Source: a virus
IMG/VR virus record: IMGVR_UViG_3300033555_000001
Coordinates: 133,463 to 197,462 of that record
Direction: 5' to 3' (one strand)
Length of the DNA stretch: 64,000 nucleotides
A program made the translations under genes and the position numbers. Below, piece by piece: positions 29,925 to 39,472 of this stretch (positions are counted from its first letter, which is position 1; the number at the start of each line of letters is the position of its first letter). Below the pieces are notes generated by a model. That model was not told the DNA's origin. It did no database searches and worked only from the letters and a program-made list of their open reading frames with translations.

Positions 29925-30368
29925 TTACACTGGTAGGCGGTTGGCAGGAATTGAACCCTTCTGGACTAACCACATGCGATTGCTTTGCGGATTATTTTTA
30001 AATCCAAAACGCCGATAGAACTTTTGAAGCTTATTAACCTGTTCATCATCTGACATAGCTGAATCAGCATTCACGGCTTGACCAGGGAACGGATCTAAAA
30101 AGATAAGCTCGGCTGCCTGTGCTTCTGGCGTTTGCAGAAATTGTTTCATCAGTTTATCGCCATCACCGTTTCCCGGGTTATTAACCGAAATCATTTGAAG
30201 CTCAAGGACCTCTTTACTGTACCCATCAGGAATATACCCGGCGTGCTCTTCATCTTCAAGATCAGACTTCCAACCGTATTTGACGTATCCTTCAGCGGTT
30301 TTAATCTGCGCTTCCGACGGGTTTTCTGAAGATTTAATAAAGCCTCTACAGATTTCAAGCAGCTTCAT
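29925..30368 (-). CDS. GNAT-family acetyltransferase-like protein
   Basis: NPGNGDGDKLM (acetyl-CoA motif A-like) and LQKFYRRFGF. Confidence 0.65.
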   Translation of the reverse strand: MKLLEICRGFIKSSENPSEAQIKTAEGYVKYGWKSDLEDEEHAGYIPDGYSKEVLELQMISVNNPGNGDGDKLMKQFLQTPEAQAAELIFLDPFPGQAVNADSAMSDDEQVNKLQKFYRRFGFKNNPQSNRMWLVQKGSIPANRLPV

Positions 30369-30369
30369 T

Positions 30370-30750
30370 TTACGCCCCAGTACTAAATGACAGCTTTAGT
30401 GTTTCGGTAATATTGAGCTCAACGTAGCGCAAGTCAACAAAAGCAAAGATCGCGTTGTTATCCGGTGCAGCGTTAACTGACATGTCAATTAGCTGCACGC
30501 GCGGATCGTAATCAATTACTTTTTTTAAATCTTCTTTTACAATATCAAGGGTCAAATTATCAAGTGGCTGAAATGCCAGTAACGGGATTCGCGTGCCAAA
30601 ATCAGGCAAGTGCACGCGCTCACCAGGAATTGTGTAAATGTGATTTAGTAAATCCTGTTTTACCAGTTCTTGATTTGTGAGCGAAAAGCCACGCTTCTTG
30701 TTAGCTAAGTACGAGGCAGTACTGAATCCGCGGTAGAGTGGTAGAGCCAT
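30370..30750 (-). CDS. gp25: baseplate wedge subunit (T4 gp25-like)
   Basis: VKQDLLNHIYTIPGERVHLPDFGT...YDPRV is the gp25/GPW signature. Confidence 0.9.
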   Translation of the reverse strand: MALPLYRGFSTASYLANKKRGFSLTNQELVKQDLLNHIYTIPGERVHLPDFGTRIPLLAFQPLDNLTLDIVKEDLKKVIDYDPRVQLIDMSVNAAPDNNAIFAFVDLRYVELNITETLKLSFSTGA

Positions 30751-30763
30751 AAATTTCCTTTAA

Positions 30764-31879
30764 TTAAGCACGCCAATTTTTATTACGAGCAGTCTTTGAC
30801 GCTGCCCGGGGCCATGGCTCGTGCGATGGAACTGTGCTTGGGCCTGTCAGGCAGTCTGCTCCAGCAGCTGCTGGGCCGTTAAGATGAATGTTAGAACCAG
30901 TACAAAGTACTGCCCCCGCTGAGAGAATATTAAAGCTCTCAGTAGATTCTAAATTAATGCCACCACCGCTTACTGATAGTTTCCCGCACGATGTCAGCTT
31001 AAGCGCGCCAGTGGCGCCAATGTTTACCTCTTTACCGGCGCTCACATTAAACGATCCAGCAGCAGAAATATTAAAATCACCGCCCGTTGAAAAGCTAATG
31101 CTGCCCGCACCATACACATGCACTCGACCGTCCTGATCCATTTCAATCCATGATTTGCCGTGCGCAGTGCTCACATAAATTCGCTCGTTAGCGTCATCCA
31201 AAATAACTTGATGACCTGCCGCGGACTTAATTCGAACACGGCCGGTTTCCGGGTTGTCTTGAAAAATTAAAGAGTGCCGGCCTGGTGTTGTGAGTGCATA
31301 AGTTTGCGGATCCAGTTGCGCGCGACCATTAAATTCTGGGTCTTTTAAATTTCGCTGATAGCCCTCTTTACCGTCTTTTTCAGTTTTGTCCTGTGCAACC
31401 GCACGTTCGTACGCGCCGCGGGTGCGGGCCTCTGGCGCATCAAGCGCGTTATTAAACTGCTGCAGCAAATTGTTGTGTTGCGGCTGCACTGGTTCAAATG
31501 TGTCAGAGAGTGGGCTCTTTCCAAGGTCTGCTCTATTTCGACCAGTTGGCATAGACCTGTTACCATGATCTCTAAAATATGACCCCATGTAAACTCGGCG
31601 ATTTACGTCACCATACAGGAAACCCACCACGCAAAGCGCACCTGTCTTTGGCACAGCAAAAAAGCCGTATGCTTGCAGCCCGCTAGTGATTGTGGCTGCA
31701 GGACCTGCCGGGTAATCTCTGGTTTGCCCTGCTAGAGGAGAAGAATAAGTTGCCCACGGCAAATCTATTACGTTGTAGAGCTCGCCATCAATTGCTGGCA
31801 CGTATATTTTAACTCGACCCATTTGCTGAGGATCATTAGTGTCTACAACAACACCCTCCATTAATCCAGGAGTGTTCAT
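30764..31879 (-). CDS. baseplate spike (gp5/VgrG-like, OB fold + beta-helix, no lysozyme domain)
   Basis: GVVVDTNDPQQMGRVKIYVP, TPGRH...D...GHQVILDD, Gly-rich beta-helix and IHLNGP. Confidence 0.85.
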   Translation of the reverse strand: MNTPGLMEGVVVDTNDPQQMGRVKIYVPAIDGELYNVIDLPWATYSSPLAGQTRDYPAGPAATITSGLQAYGFFAVPKTGALCVVGFLYGDVNRRVYMGSYFRDHGNRSMPTGRNRADLGKSPLSDTFEPVQPQHNNLLQQFNNALDAPEARTRGAYERAVAQDKTEKDGKEGYQRNLKDPEFNGRAQLDPQTYALTTPGRHSLIFQDNPETGRVRIKSAAGHQVILDDANERIYVSTAHGKSWIEMDQDGRVHVYGAGSISFSTGGDFNISAAGSFNVSAGKEVNIGATGALKLTSCGKLSVSGGGINLESTESFNILSAGAVLCTGSNIHLNGPAAAGADCLTGPSTVPSHEPWPRAASKTARNKNWRA

Positions 31880-33987
31880 TTAATTTCCTTGACAGTGCTG
31901 GTGTTTTTACCAGTTGCGGTAAGATTATTTTGCAAAAAATTCATTGCTGTTGCCAGCTCAAATTCCTGGGTAAATTTGGAGCCTTCAATTTTTGTTCGAA
32001 TAGAGCGCACAAAAAAGTAGTTATCGTAAAACAGGCGCGTGCCAAAGTCTTGCCCGGCAATTAGCTCATTAGTAATAAAATCTACGTTAGGACCAAACAC
32101 ATTTACTTTTACAAAAATGGGCGTGCCTACCATACTTGGCCCCTGTAGCGGAGAGTTTACCTTAAAGCCGCCACCCGGAGACTGCTGTAACCCGGGTGTT
32201 AGCCGAAGTAGCTCCGCCTCAAATTGCGTTCTGTACTCGGCTTTTGAGTTGTCATTTGTTTTTGAGTTTCCATTATCAGCAAAAGTAGTAGCGCTTACGT
32301 GTTTTAATATTGATGTAAGTGTTACGCGCTCAAGCAGATCTGGGTTACCCCTGATTGTCATCTTTATATCTGTTGAGCCACCCACCAAGTAGTTAGTTGA
32401 GTTTTGAGTATAGCGTTGGGCAATTGTCTGCGCAGATTCTCCTGACGCTCCAGTACCAGCACTAAGATTACTGAAATTTGTACTTTGATCCCCAGTACGA
32501 GGCGGGAAAAGCACAGGGTCTTTTGATCTAATATTTGCTGGGCTACTTTGCCCGCCCCGTACTTCTTCGCCATCTGCCTGCTGATTATCTACTTTATCTG
32601 CAACTGTCAATAACTTCCCTTGTCCTAACGAAGTTTTAGACAGCAACATCAGATTTAAATTCTTAATTTTTAAATCAAGCGACAGCACATCTATATTTTT
32701 ACCTGAAAATATGTAGTCGTATTCTAGGAAGTTTTTTGGAACTTGTATATTCCCACCTTGACCGGCAATGGTTTCAAAGTATGGTGCTTGATCACCAACA
32801 GCATCAGTCTTTGCATTTAGTTCTACATTTGGAACCACAAACTCTACAACGTCTACGTGCACAGTATATGTTGAATCGTCGCTGGTTATTGAAACGAGAT
32901 GTTTAAAAAATTTAACATTGCTGGTGGTACCTGGATCTTTTTTAAAGTTCCCAAGTTCCATGACTTGTACTGTTTGACTCAAGATAATATCAAGCACTTC
33001 TGTAATTGAGATGTTTGGATCAACAGCAATAAAACTGTCTTTTGCAGGTGCGGCATTATTAATTGGCGTGGTGCGTGGGCCTACTCGCTTGTTTTCTTCT
33101 GTGCGTAACATGTCTCTAAAATTTGTTTCAATGGCGCCACCTTGTGCTGGCCCAGAAAAGCCGTAGTCTGCCCAGCCTTTAGGCAGCGTAATCATGTACT
33201 GCACTGGACGGCCGGAAGAAAACTCCAGGCCTAATTTTGCCGTTGTGGTGGTGGCTTCGGCGTCATTGTACTGCCTGAAGCGGGCAAAAGACTCGGCGTT
33301 AAGTCTGCGTTCGAACGCTGCCACTACAGCGCCTAGTGTGTTGGCTCCATCACCAGTAAAATATGATGAGGCAGTTCCAAGATTTGTCCATTTACTATTT
33401 ACTTCTCTAGAGCTGAGCACACCTACTAGCGAGATAAATTTACAGGCGTACACGCCCTTTGTGTCATTTAGGTCCAGCTGTATCTCGTTAAAAAGTGCCG
33501 GAATACCAACTGACTGAACAACTTTTGTTTCGCCGCTTGCAGTGTGCCCAATAAACATGATTCTAATAAGCACAGACATGCCGCTTGTGCTTACTCCGAA
33601 CCGCGCTTCCATTAAAAACTGTAGAAAATTAGCAAATGATATTCCTTGACTGTCAAGTATTGTCATTGCAAGCTCTTGAGCCGCAGTATTAGGGCTGGTG
33701 CCGGGCGCCGCATAGCCCGTTGCATTAGACTTAATATCAAAGGAAGTAACTGTGAATTGCGAAAATCTGCGAGTATCCATCATTAGGAAAACTCCGCCAC
33801 CGGGCTGACCGCTTACCTTTACTTCGTTTCCTAACTGCGTGCACGCATCAACGGCCTGTAGCGATTTGGCCATTGAGCCACCGCTGGTTTCAGTAAACTG
33901 GCGTAGCTCTTCTGTGCTTCGCGCGGCGAGCATTACATAGTGAATACTGTGAGACTGAAACTCATCTAATTTATTTTTAATAAACAT
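31876..33987 (-). CDS. putative baseplate hub protein (gp27-like position)
   Basis: Directly upstream of the spike gene. MTIRGNPDL and YFFVRSIRTKIEGSKFTQEFE resemble hub-type barrel ends. Confidence 0.55.
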   Translation of the reverse strand: MFIKNKLDEFQSHSIHYVMLAARSTEELRQFTETSGGSMAKSLQAVDACTQLGNEVKVSGQPGGGVFLMMDTRRFSQFTVTSFDIKSNATGYAAPGTSPNTAAQELAMTILDSQGISFANFLQFLMEARFGVSTSGMSVLIRIMFIGHTASGETKVVQSVGIPALFNEIQLDLNDTKGVYACKFISLVGVLSSREVNSKWTNLGTASSYFTGDGANTLGAVVAAFERRLNAESFARFRQYNDAEATTTTAKLGLEFSSGRPVQYMITLPKGWADYGFSGPAQGGAIETNFRDMLRTEENKRVGPRTTPINNAAPAKDSFIAVDPNISITEVLDIILSQTVQVMELGNFKKDPGTTSNVKFFKHLVSITSDDSTYTVHVDVVEFVVPNVELNAKTDAVGDQAPYFETIAGQGGNIQVPKNFLEYDYIFSGKNIDVLSLDLKIKNLNLMLLSKTSLGQGKLLTVADKVDNQQADGEEVRGGQSSPANIRSKDPVLFPPRTGDQSTNFSNLSAGTGASGESAQTIAQRYTQNSTNYLVGGSTDIKMTIRGNPDLLERVTLTSILKHVSATTFADNGNSKTNDNSKAEYRTQFEAELLRLTPGLQQSPGGGFKVNSPLQGPSMVGTPIFVKVNVFGPNVDFITNELIAGQDFGTRLFYDNYFFVRSIRTKIEGSKFTQEFELATAMNFLQNNLTATGKNTSTVKEIK

Positions 33988-33988
33988 G

Positions 33989-34363
33989 TTATACGATTGG
34001 TGTTATGTTAGTCAGTGGAATTTCTCTAGTAGAAGCAAACCCGCCGATTTTCCCAGCAAGAAGCGATTGCACTCGGCTGCGTGATGGAATGCGCAGTACA
34101 CGGCCTAGCGCGATCTCGGCAAATGGATCTAAAATTGCGTTGTACTGCGCAATAAACCACCACAGATGAGAATCACCCAAATAAGCAGCTGCAATTAAAT
34201 CCAGCCGACCTTCAGTTTTTTTGTCAACGGTGTATCTTTCATCAGTGTCATCAAGCTCAAATACAGTGCGTTCCCACCACTCAAGGTTGCGAGAGCCTAC
34301 TTCGGTTTTGCCGCCAACCACATAGCGTGATTGTTGCACCAGTGTTGAATTAGTTTCAGCCAA
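33989..34363 (-). CDS. baseplate protein with a LysM-like fold (gp53/tail-X-like)
   Basis: RLDLIAAAYLGDSHLWWFIAQYNAILDP...LRIP. Likely TTG start at 34363 after GGAGAA. Confidence 0.8.
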   Translation of the reverse strand: MAETNSTLVQQSRYVVGGKTEVGSRNLEWWERTVFELDDTDERYTVDKKTEGRLDLIAAAYLGDSHLWWFIAQYNAILDPFAEIALGRVLRIPSRSRVQSLLAGKIGGFASTREIPLTNITPIV

Positions 34364-34375
34364 ATTCTTCTCCAA

Positions 34376-35521
34376 TTAATCTCTGCTAATAACATTGCCT
34401 TGTTCGTCATATCGAATCTCTGAAATAAATGATGGCTTAGGCATAATCTTTTTTAGATTATTACGGCCTTCATTACCATAATTTCGTGACGCCTCGCTGA
34501 TGGATGGCGGCGGTGCCGGCTGTGGCGTGCTGTTAGTAATTCCTTGATTGCCACCCACCGGTTCAGACGCGTATTTGGAACCTTCAGCTCGAATAAGCGG
34601 CGCGTACGCGTCAAGCATAAGGCCAAATCTAAATGCAGTAAGATCAAAGCCGTTAAACTGTTCGGCCGAAAATGACTCAACAATGTTTAAGTTAATGTTC
34701 ATGACAGTTGGGAATGGAATCTCTTGTCCGTCTTTGTCAAATACGTTAGTTGGGATCCAGTCGCAATCTCGCGGCCAGTTCCACTGCGCATTAGTAAGTA
34801 CGACTGGAACCGTGCCGACAAGTCCTCTCCAACCAGAAAAGTTAAGAACTGGCGGTGGGCCGCCCAAGCGAGTACTAAACTCGCCGTCTAATTGTTTTTG
34901 CCCAAAAAAGGGCATACACCAACTTCTGATTCGGTTAATAAAATAATAGTTTTTCTGCGCCTCTTCGCGGGTCCGGCAAGTAAATGTTGCTGAGATCGTC
35001 CATGTGGTGCTCTTAGTACCGCGATATTTTTGAAATTCGCCGGGGAGTTGCGAGGTTTGTAGTGCCTCGTAGTCTGCAGTGCGGTTCTCAGTAACCTCTG
35101 GCATGTTATCAAAGACAACACCGCCGTCCTGCGAGTTTACACCGGTTAACTGAACCTTGTGCTGTTGGTTACCCGCATCATTTGCCTTGCCCAGTGCAGC
35201 GTTGGTTGCTGCGGCAGAGGTAGAACTAGTTTGTGCCTGTACCAGCGAGGCAGCAGTACTGTAGTACGGGTTGTCAGACAGTTGGCTATCAGACACTGCT
35301 GCATTAAACACCGCTGCAGCACTAAGTGCTTGGAACGTTGGAGCACCCGTTCCAAGTTTAGTAAATGGGCCAGTACTGCCAAAGGTAGTTGTTACAGCGC
35401 TGAAGCTCTCGTTGACCAGCGAGTCAACCGGTGCAGTGGCGTAGCTTATTAAATTGTTTGTGACGCTGCCCAGGCCGGATACGCTTGGCAGTGATTTAAT
35501 AGTTGAATCTAGCAAACCCAT
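34376..35521 (-). CDS. tail-tube initiator/baseplate protein (gp48/gp54-like)
   Basis: P.V.E...ADY...Y..TKSTTW.I...F and LGGPPPVLNFSGW...VPVVLT: tube-fold pattern, in baseplate context. Confidence 0.6.
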   Translation of the reverse strand: MGLLDSTIKSLPSVSGLGSVTNNLISYATAPVDSLVNESFSAVTTTFGSTGPFTKLGTGAPTFQALSAAAVFNAAVSDSQLSDNPYYSTAASLVQAQTSSTSAAATNAALGKANDAGNQQHKVQLTGVNSQDGGVVFDNMPEVTENRTADYEALQTSQLPGEFQKYRGTKSTTWTISATFTCRTREEAQKNYYFINRIRSWCMPFFGQKQLDGEFSTRLGGPPPVLNFSGWRGLVGTVPVVLTNAQWNWPRDCDWIPTNVFDKDGQEIPFPTVMNINLNIVESFSAEQFNGFDLTAFRFGLMLDAYAPLIRAEGSKYASEPVGGNQGITNSTPQPAPPPSISEASRNYGNEGRNNLKKIMPKPSFISEIRYDEQGNVISRD

Positions 35522-36222
35522 TACTTCTCCGCCGCGCGCCGTTGCGCTTTAATTTTGTTGAACATGAGCTCTGCAATTTCTGGTTTATCTTTTAGACCTA
35601 CCAAAATTGTAAATTTGTTTAGGTCGTTTTCTTTGACCGCATGGCGTGCCAATGAAGCGCTGACCATGTTTACTGGAATTTCATCATCAGTATATTTGAG
35701 CACCGCATCAAGTTCAGCAACAGAATCTAATTTTGCCGATGGAGCTGAAGTTCGGTTCATTGAAATAGCATAATGCGCAATGTCACCGCCGTCAGGTGTT
35801 TTAAAATATGTGTCAAGCATGCCTAGATAGCCATCTGTTATGTCGGTGCCAGCGGCAACCGCGATAGGTTCAAAACCAGCTTTTCGCACTTCTTCAAAAG
35901 CAGCAAAGGCTGAAGTAGCAGTTAAAAACTTTACTCCATCAGCTTTGCCGGACGCGGTCATAAAACTAATTCGCTCACCTGCAGAGAGTGGATTGCGCAG
36001 CTTGTCTTTTGAGCTTTCTACACCCTCAACTATTACGGCGATTGGCACGGCCTCTAAATTAAGTTTTGGGTTATTGCGAATGTACTTTTTGGCGGCGTCA
36101 AAGAGCGCGTAGTGCCCGATAGTTGGGGGCGAAAATCTGCCGACCACAATAGCAGCTCGCCTGGATTGCTCGCCAGCAGTGCCCTCAAACAGGAATAAAA
36201 TTACATCGTCAGTATCATTCAT
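35521..36222 (-). CDS. HIGH-motif nucleotidyltransferase (cytidylyltransferase-like)
   Basis: VVGRFSPPTIGHYALF, RNPLSAGER and VSASLAR. Start re-set to ATG 36222. Confidence 0.75.
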   Translation of the reverse strand: MNDTDDVILFLFEGTAGEQSRRAAIVVGRFSPPTIGHYALFDAAKKYIRNNPKLNLEAVPIAVIVEGVESSKDKLRNPLSAGERISFMTASGKADGVKFLTATSAFAAFEEVRKAGFEPIAVAAGTDITDGYLGMLDTYFKTPDGGDIAHYAISMNRTSAPSAKLDSVAELDAVLKYTDDEIPVNMVSASLARHAVKENDLNKFTILVGLKDKPEIAELMFNKIKAQRRAAEK

Positions 36223-36388
36223 CTCATATTTAGTCCTGAACACGGAACACTGCGCGGGTCACCCGCGGGTCCCGGGTTTAATACAATAAATGTGGCGGCC
36301 GGGAGTGCGTGATCCCGGGTGGTGTGGCGCCCAGGCCCAGGATAGCTTAGAATTACCTATGCCGATCAACACCCTCTTAGGATACAAT

Positions 36389-36916
36389 ATGACGGCAATT
36401 AAAACTACAGTACTGCCAGCAGAATCAACAGTAAAACCAGCAAAGCAAGTAAAAGCCGCAAAGAAAGAACGGTCAAAGTCTACCAAAGGGCACTATGTTA
36501 CTAACGCCCAGTTACTTGCAGCGTTCTATGAGGCTAAAGCAGCCGGTAAATTAACAAATCAAATGGCAAAGTACCTGATGATGGTTGCCACAAAGTACTC
36601 TTACCACCCGTGGTTTGCGAACTATTCGTTCAGAGAAGATATGGTGTGCACGGCGGTTGTTAATCTGTGCGCAAATTGGCACAAGTTTAATCCAGAGAAA
36701 CAAGAAAATCCTAATCCGTTCTCGTACTACACAACCGCATCGTACCGCAGCTTTCTTTCGTACCTGGAAGCCGAGCGTAAAGAGCGAGATATTCGTGATG
36801 AGCTCTTAATTGGAGCAGGATCTAACCCATCGTTTAACTACGGTTCCCGTCAAGGCGCCAGCGGTAAAACATCTGATGATACCGCTTTTGCCGGCACAGG
36901 CGGCGGCGAAGATTAA
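36389..36916 (+). CDS. gp55: late-transcription sigma factor (T4 gp55-like)
   Basis: HYVTNAQLL...ATKYSYHPWFANYSFREDMV...KFNPEK..NPFSYYTT..YRSFL...E.K matches the gp55 family pattern. Start re-set to ATG 36389. Confidence 0.85.
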   Translation: MTAIKTTVLPAESTVKPAKQVKAAKKERSKSTKGHYVTNAQLLAAFYEAKAAGKLTNQMAKYLMMVATKYSYHPWFANYSFREDMVCTAVVNLCANWHKFNPEKQENPNPFSYYTTASYRSFLSYLEAERKERDIRDELLIGAGSNPSFNYGSRQGASGKTSDDTAFAGTGGGED

Positions 36917-37392
36917 TTAACGGTAATTCTGGCGCAGGCTTTTTCACGGATTGATTTATAAGCCGTTTGAATAAAGCCTGGCTTTGCCTCAGCAGCTTTT
37001 CTTGACAGCGCTCTTAAACTAGCAGTGCTGATCCAGCTCAGCGCAGTACTTACTAGAAATGCGGTTACTACAGCCAAAACAGCAAGTACTAATATTGGAA
37101 TTATCATTGCTATTGGCGCGGAGCTGAAGTTCAACAATACTCCAGTGCCGGCCGATGCGGCAAGGAACGCCAAGGTATGTCCAAGTAACGCCATGAAGAT
37201 ACCGCCAACCATAATTAGCAGTACAACAACGCACGCGCCACGCAGCACAGCAGTGATGTACTCGCACATATCCCCAGTATACCACTCTGTTTTCTTATCG
37301 CTCTCATCGCGGCTGAGGCAATGGTTAAGAGAGCCATATCGCGCAGCCAGCCGCCAGTGCAAAGATTTTGTACTAAAGTTAAATGCTTTCAT
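36913..37392 (-). CDS. hypothetical membrane protein
   Basis: Two long hydrophobic stretches. GGAGAAG SD. Confidence 0.65.
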   Translation of the reverse strand: MKAFNFSTKSLHWRLAARYGSLNHCLSRDESDKKTEWYTGDMCEYITAVLRGACVVVLLIMVGGIFMALLGHTLAFLAASAGTGVLLNFSSAPIAMIIPILVLAVLAVVTAFLVSTALSWISTASLRALSRKAAEAKPGFIQTAYKSIREKACARITVN

Positions 37393-37404
37393 AGCTTCTC
37401 CTGA

Positions 37405-37737
37405 TTACTGGCAACCCGCAAAACCGCAGGCTACATCATAGATAAATTCAACCGTTTGAACTGGCTGTACTGCGTTCATGCGCTCAACAAGGACAGCCCC
37501 GTCTGTCCACCAATCAGCCCAACCTTGCGGTGAAAGCTTAATAGGATTTACAGTACTATCTTCAGCTGCCAGTTCCCACAAAAATACCCAGTACTTCAAA
37601 GCAACAATAATCTCAGGCGTCAGCACATCTTTAAATTCTTCCACACCAAGATTTGCACCGCCATCTTCATGAGTTGCCCAAAGACCACTCGCCATGTAAT
37701 CCGGGAATACTCGTATTTTTTTCATTTTATTCTCCAT
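37405..37737 (-). CDS. hypothetical protein
   Basis: Tightly packed minus-strand ORF; IRVFPDYMASGLW. Confidence 0.65.
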   Translation of the reverse strand: MENKMKKIRVFPDYMASGLWATHEDGGANLGVEEFKDVLTPEIIVALKYWVFLWELAAEDSTVNPIKLSPQGWADWWTDGAVLVERMNAVQPVQTVEFIYDVACGFAGCQ

Positions 37738-38071
37738 AGAGCTGCTTATTGACTAAGTTGTTATACTCCGCTTGCACCGCCTCTAAATGCTGCTTTGCAT
37801 CCTTAATTTGCAGGGTCAGCTGTAGGCGGGCTTCAGCCATGATACCAGCCAGCTCCTCAGCTGTTTTTTGTCTATAATGTTCTAACCTAAATCCTGGCAC
37901 CTTAAACACTGTGCGGTTCCAGTCGGATTCTGCAACATCTGCGTCAAAGGTGATAGAGGTCTCTGCACCGTATTTCTCAACAAGATCCTGTACATCCTCA
38001 AGCAGCTCGGCTAGTGTGCCGTTAAAACTGTGAGGACTTATTATTCCGACTGTTTTTTTAGTGTTAGTCAT
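37727..38071 (-). CDS. hypothetical protein, paralogue of 38074..38418
   Basis: FNGTLAELL...LVEKYGAE...FRL...RQKTAEE plus a coiled-coil tail. Confidence 0.65.
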   Translation of the reverse strand: MTNTKKTVGIISPHSFNGTLAELLEDVQDLVEKYGAETSITFDADVAESDWNRTVFKVPGFRLEHYRQKTAEELAGIMAEARLQLTLQIKDAKQHLEAVQAEYNNLVNKQLYGE

Positions 38072-38073
38072 TT

Positions 38074-38418
38074 TTAACTCTCTTTGAACTTAGCCCTGAA
38101 CTTAGCCTGCAGCCGCGCAAGTTCGGCGAGCTCGTATTCTTCTTTTCTGGCAGCATCTTCCGCCTGAGTTTTTGTTCGAAGCGTGAACTCTTCATCTGTT
38201 TCTGGACGCTGTTTAGTTAACGCAAACCTGGACGATGGGTGCGAATCATAATCATAATGAAACTCAGGCTGCCAGTCTAGCTCGCACTCACCACCATGCT
38301 CTTTTGCCAGTTCTGTCAGAGCGGCTATTATACTGTTTATCGTGCCCTCAAACTCATACGGCTGAATAGTGCTGACTTGCTCTGTGATTTTGATTTTAGT
38401 AGCTGGTAATTTGCTCAT
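38074..38418 (-). CDS. hypothetical protein, paralogue of 37727..38071
   Basis: FEGTINSII...LAKEHGGE...FAL...RPETDEE plus ELAELARLQAKF. Confidence 0.65.
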   Translation of the reverse strand: MSKLPATKIKITEQVSTIQPYEFEGTINSIIAALTELAKEHGGECELDWQPEFHYDYDSHPSSRFALTKQRPETDEEFTLRTKTQAEDAARKEEYELAELARLQAKFRAKFKES

Positions 38419-38426
38419 GATTATCT

Positions 38427-38490
38427 TTTTGGGTTAGCGTAAATAATTATATCCTAATCCCGAAATAAAGGTAAACTAAATTGTAACGGT
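38427..38490 (-). promoter_or_regulatory. sigma70-like early promoter
   Basis: The minus strand reads TTTACC-N18-TATAAT with an AT-rich upstream stretch, ahead of 38418. Confidence 0.55.
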
Positions 38491-38501
38491 TTCGGTACCA
38501 G

Positions 38502-38717
38502 TCAAATACCCGCTCTCAGCATAATTGCCTCTAAGCGCTTACCCATCTCATCTGTGAATACAGTTGGGCCATTGAACACCTCGCACAGACCATCAATAAA
38601 CGCGGCATCGTCAACCAAAAGCCGGTCCCTGTGATTCTCACAAAACTCTATCGCAACCATTACATCAACTATACTAGTCTGCCTATTCTTAATTTTTGGC
38701 ATTAGCATTGGCTTCAT
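38502..38717 (-). CDS. hypothetical protein
   Basis: 71-aa ORF with an AGGA SD, in the accessory cluster. Confidence 0.55.
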   Translation of the reverse strand: MKPMLMPKIKNRQTSIVDVMVAIEFCENHRDRLLVDDAAFIDGLCEVFNGPTVFTDEMGKRLEAIMLRAGI

Positions 38718-38741
38718 TCAATATTCCTGTATAATTTAAAG

Positions 38742-39146
38742 TTACCAGTCAATGACCAGCTGATATTCGCCGGCTGGCAAGAGCCCACGATCGTGCAAAT
38801 CATTTGCCAGTACTTCGTTCGAAGGATAGAAATTCCGCTCCCAGAACAGGCACAGTCCATGATTGCGATCCCACTCATCTGCGCTGCCTAACTTTTGTTG
38901 TGGATCACGCGCGAGCCATGCAGCAAAGCTAACGCCCCTTTCATCACCATTTACTTTTTCAGGGATAGAATCATTTTGATAGTCAAATGCTTCTATATCT
39001 GGAACGGTTATGTTATATATGCCGCGTTCCCTACAGTCATTTTGTTGCTGAAAGGAATACATGCGGCCGTATGTTTCTTTGACGAGCGCGTCCCAATCCT
39101 GTAAATCAATGCTTTGAACAGTTTTAATTTTTAACATGATTTTCAC
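38742..39146 (-). CDS. hypothetical protein
   Basis: DWDALVKETYGR.YSFQQQ...LFWERNFYP...GLLPAGEYQLVIDW; looks like a conserved phage protein. Confidence 0.7.
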   Translation of the reverse strand: MKIMLKIKTVQSIDLQDWDALVKETYGRMYSFQQQNDCRERGIYNITVPDIEAFDYQNDSIPEKVNGDERGVSFAAWLARDPQQKLGSADEWDRNHGLCLFWERNFYPSNEVLANDLHDRGLLPAGEYQLVIDW

Positions 39147-39393
39147 ATGTGAACGTTAGTTCAACTGTGCCACCCTCAAAATGGTTGTAGTCCGCGTTTG
39201 AACGAACAATCTTAAATGGGCCACGACATTGCTCCATTGCAGCCTCGTAAGTCATACGTTTTGCGCCTGATCGCCCACCCAATTCCCAAGTGGCTCTTGC
39301 AGAGACAACATATTCCCCTCCGCTCATAGCGATAGGTGTAGAGACTGACGCACAGCCGGTCAGTAGGAGCGATAGAAGGATAATAAGTTTCAT
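39124..39393 (-). CDS. small lipoprotein
   Basis: MKLIILLSLLLTG-C lipobox plus two further Cys. Confidence 0.75.
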   Translation of the reverse strand: MKLIILLSLLLTGCASVSTPIAMSGGEYVVSARATWELGGRSGAKRMTYEAAMEQCRGPFKIVRSNADYNHFEGGTVELTFTCENHVKN

Positions 39394-39472
39394 TTTCTGC
39401 CTCAGAATAATTTAAATTTACCGTTTTGTATAATTCAGCAATACGGTGAGTCATATGTTCTTTAGTTCTGTT

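Noticed and set aside
36244..36345. tRNA gene in the GC-rich intergenic stretch
   Set aside because: No TTC-loop T-arm or cloverleaf could be built.
39212..39454. 80-aa minus-strand ORF
   Set aside because: It overlaps most of the better-supported lipoprotein gene in another frame.
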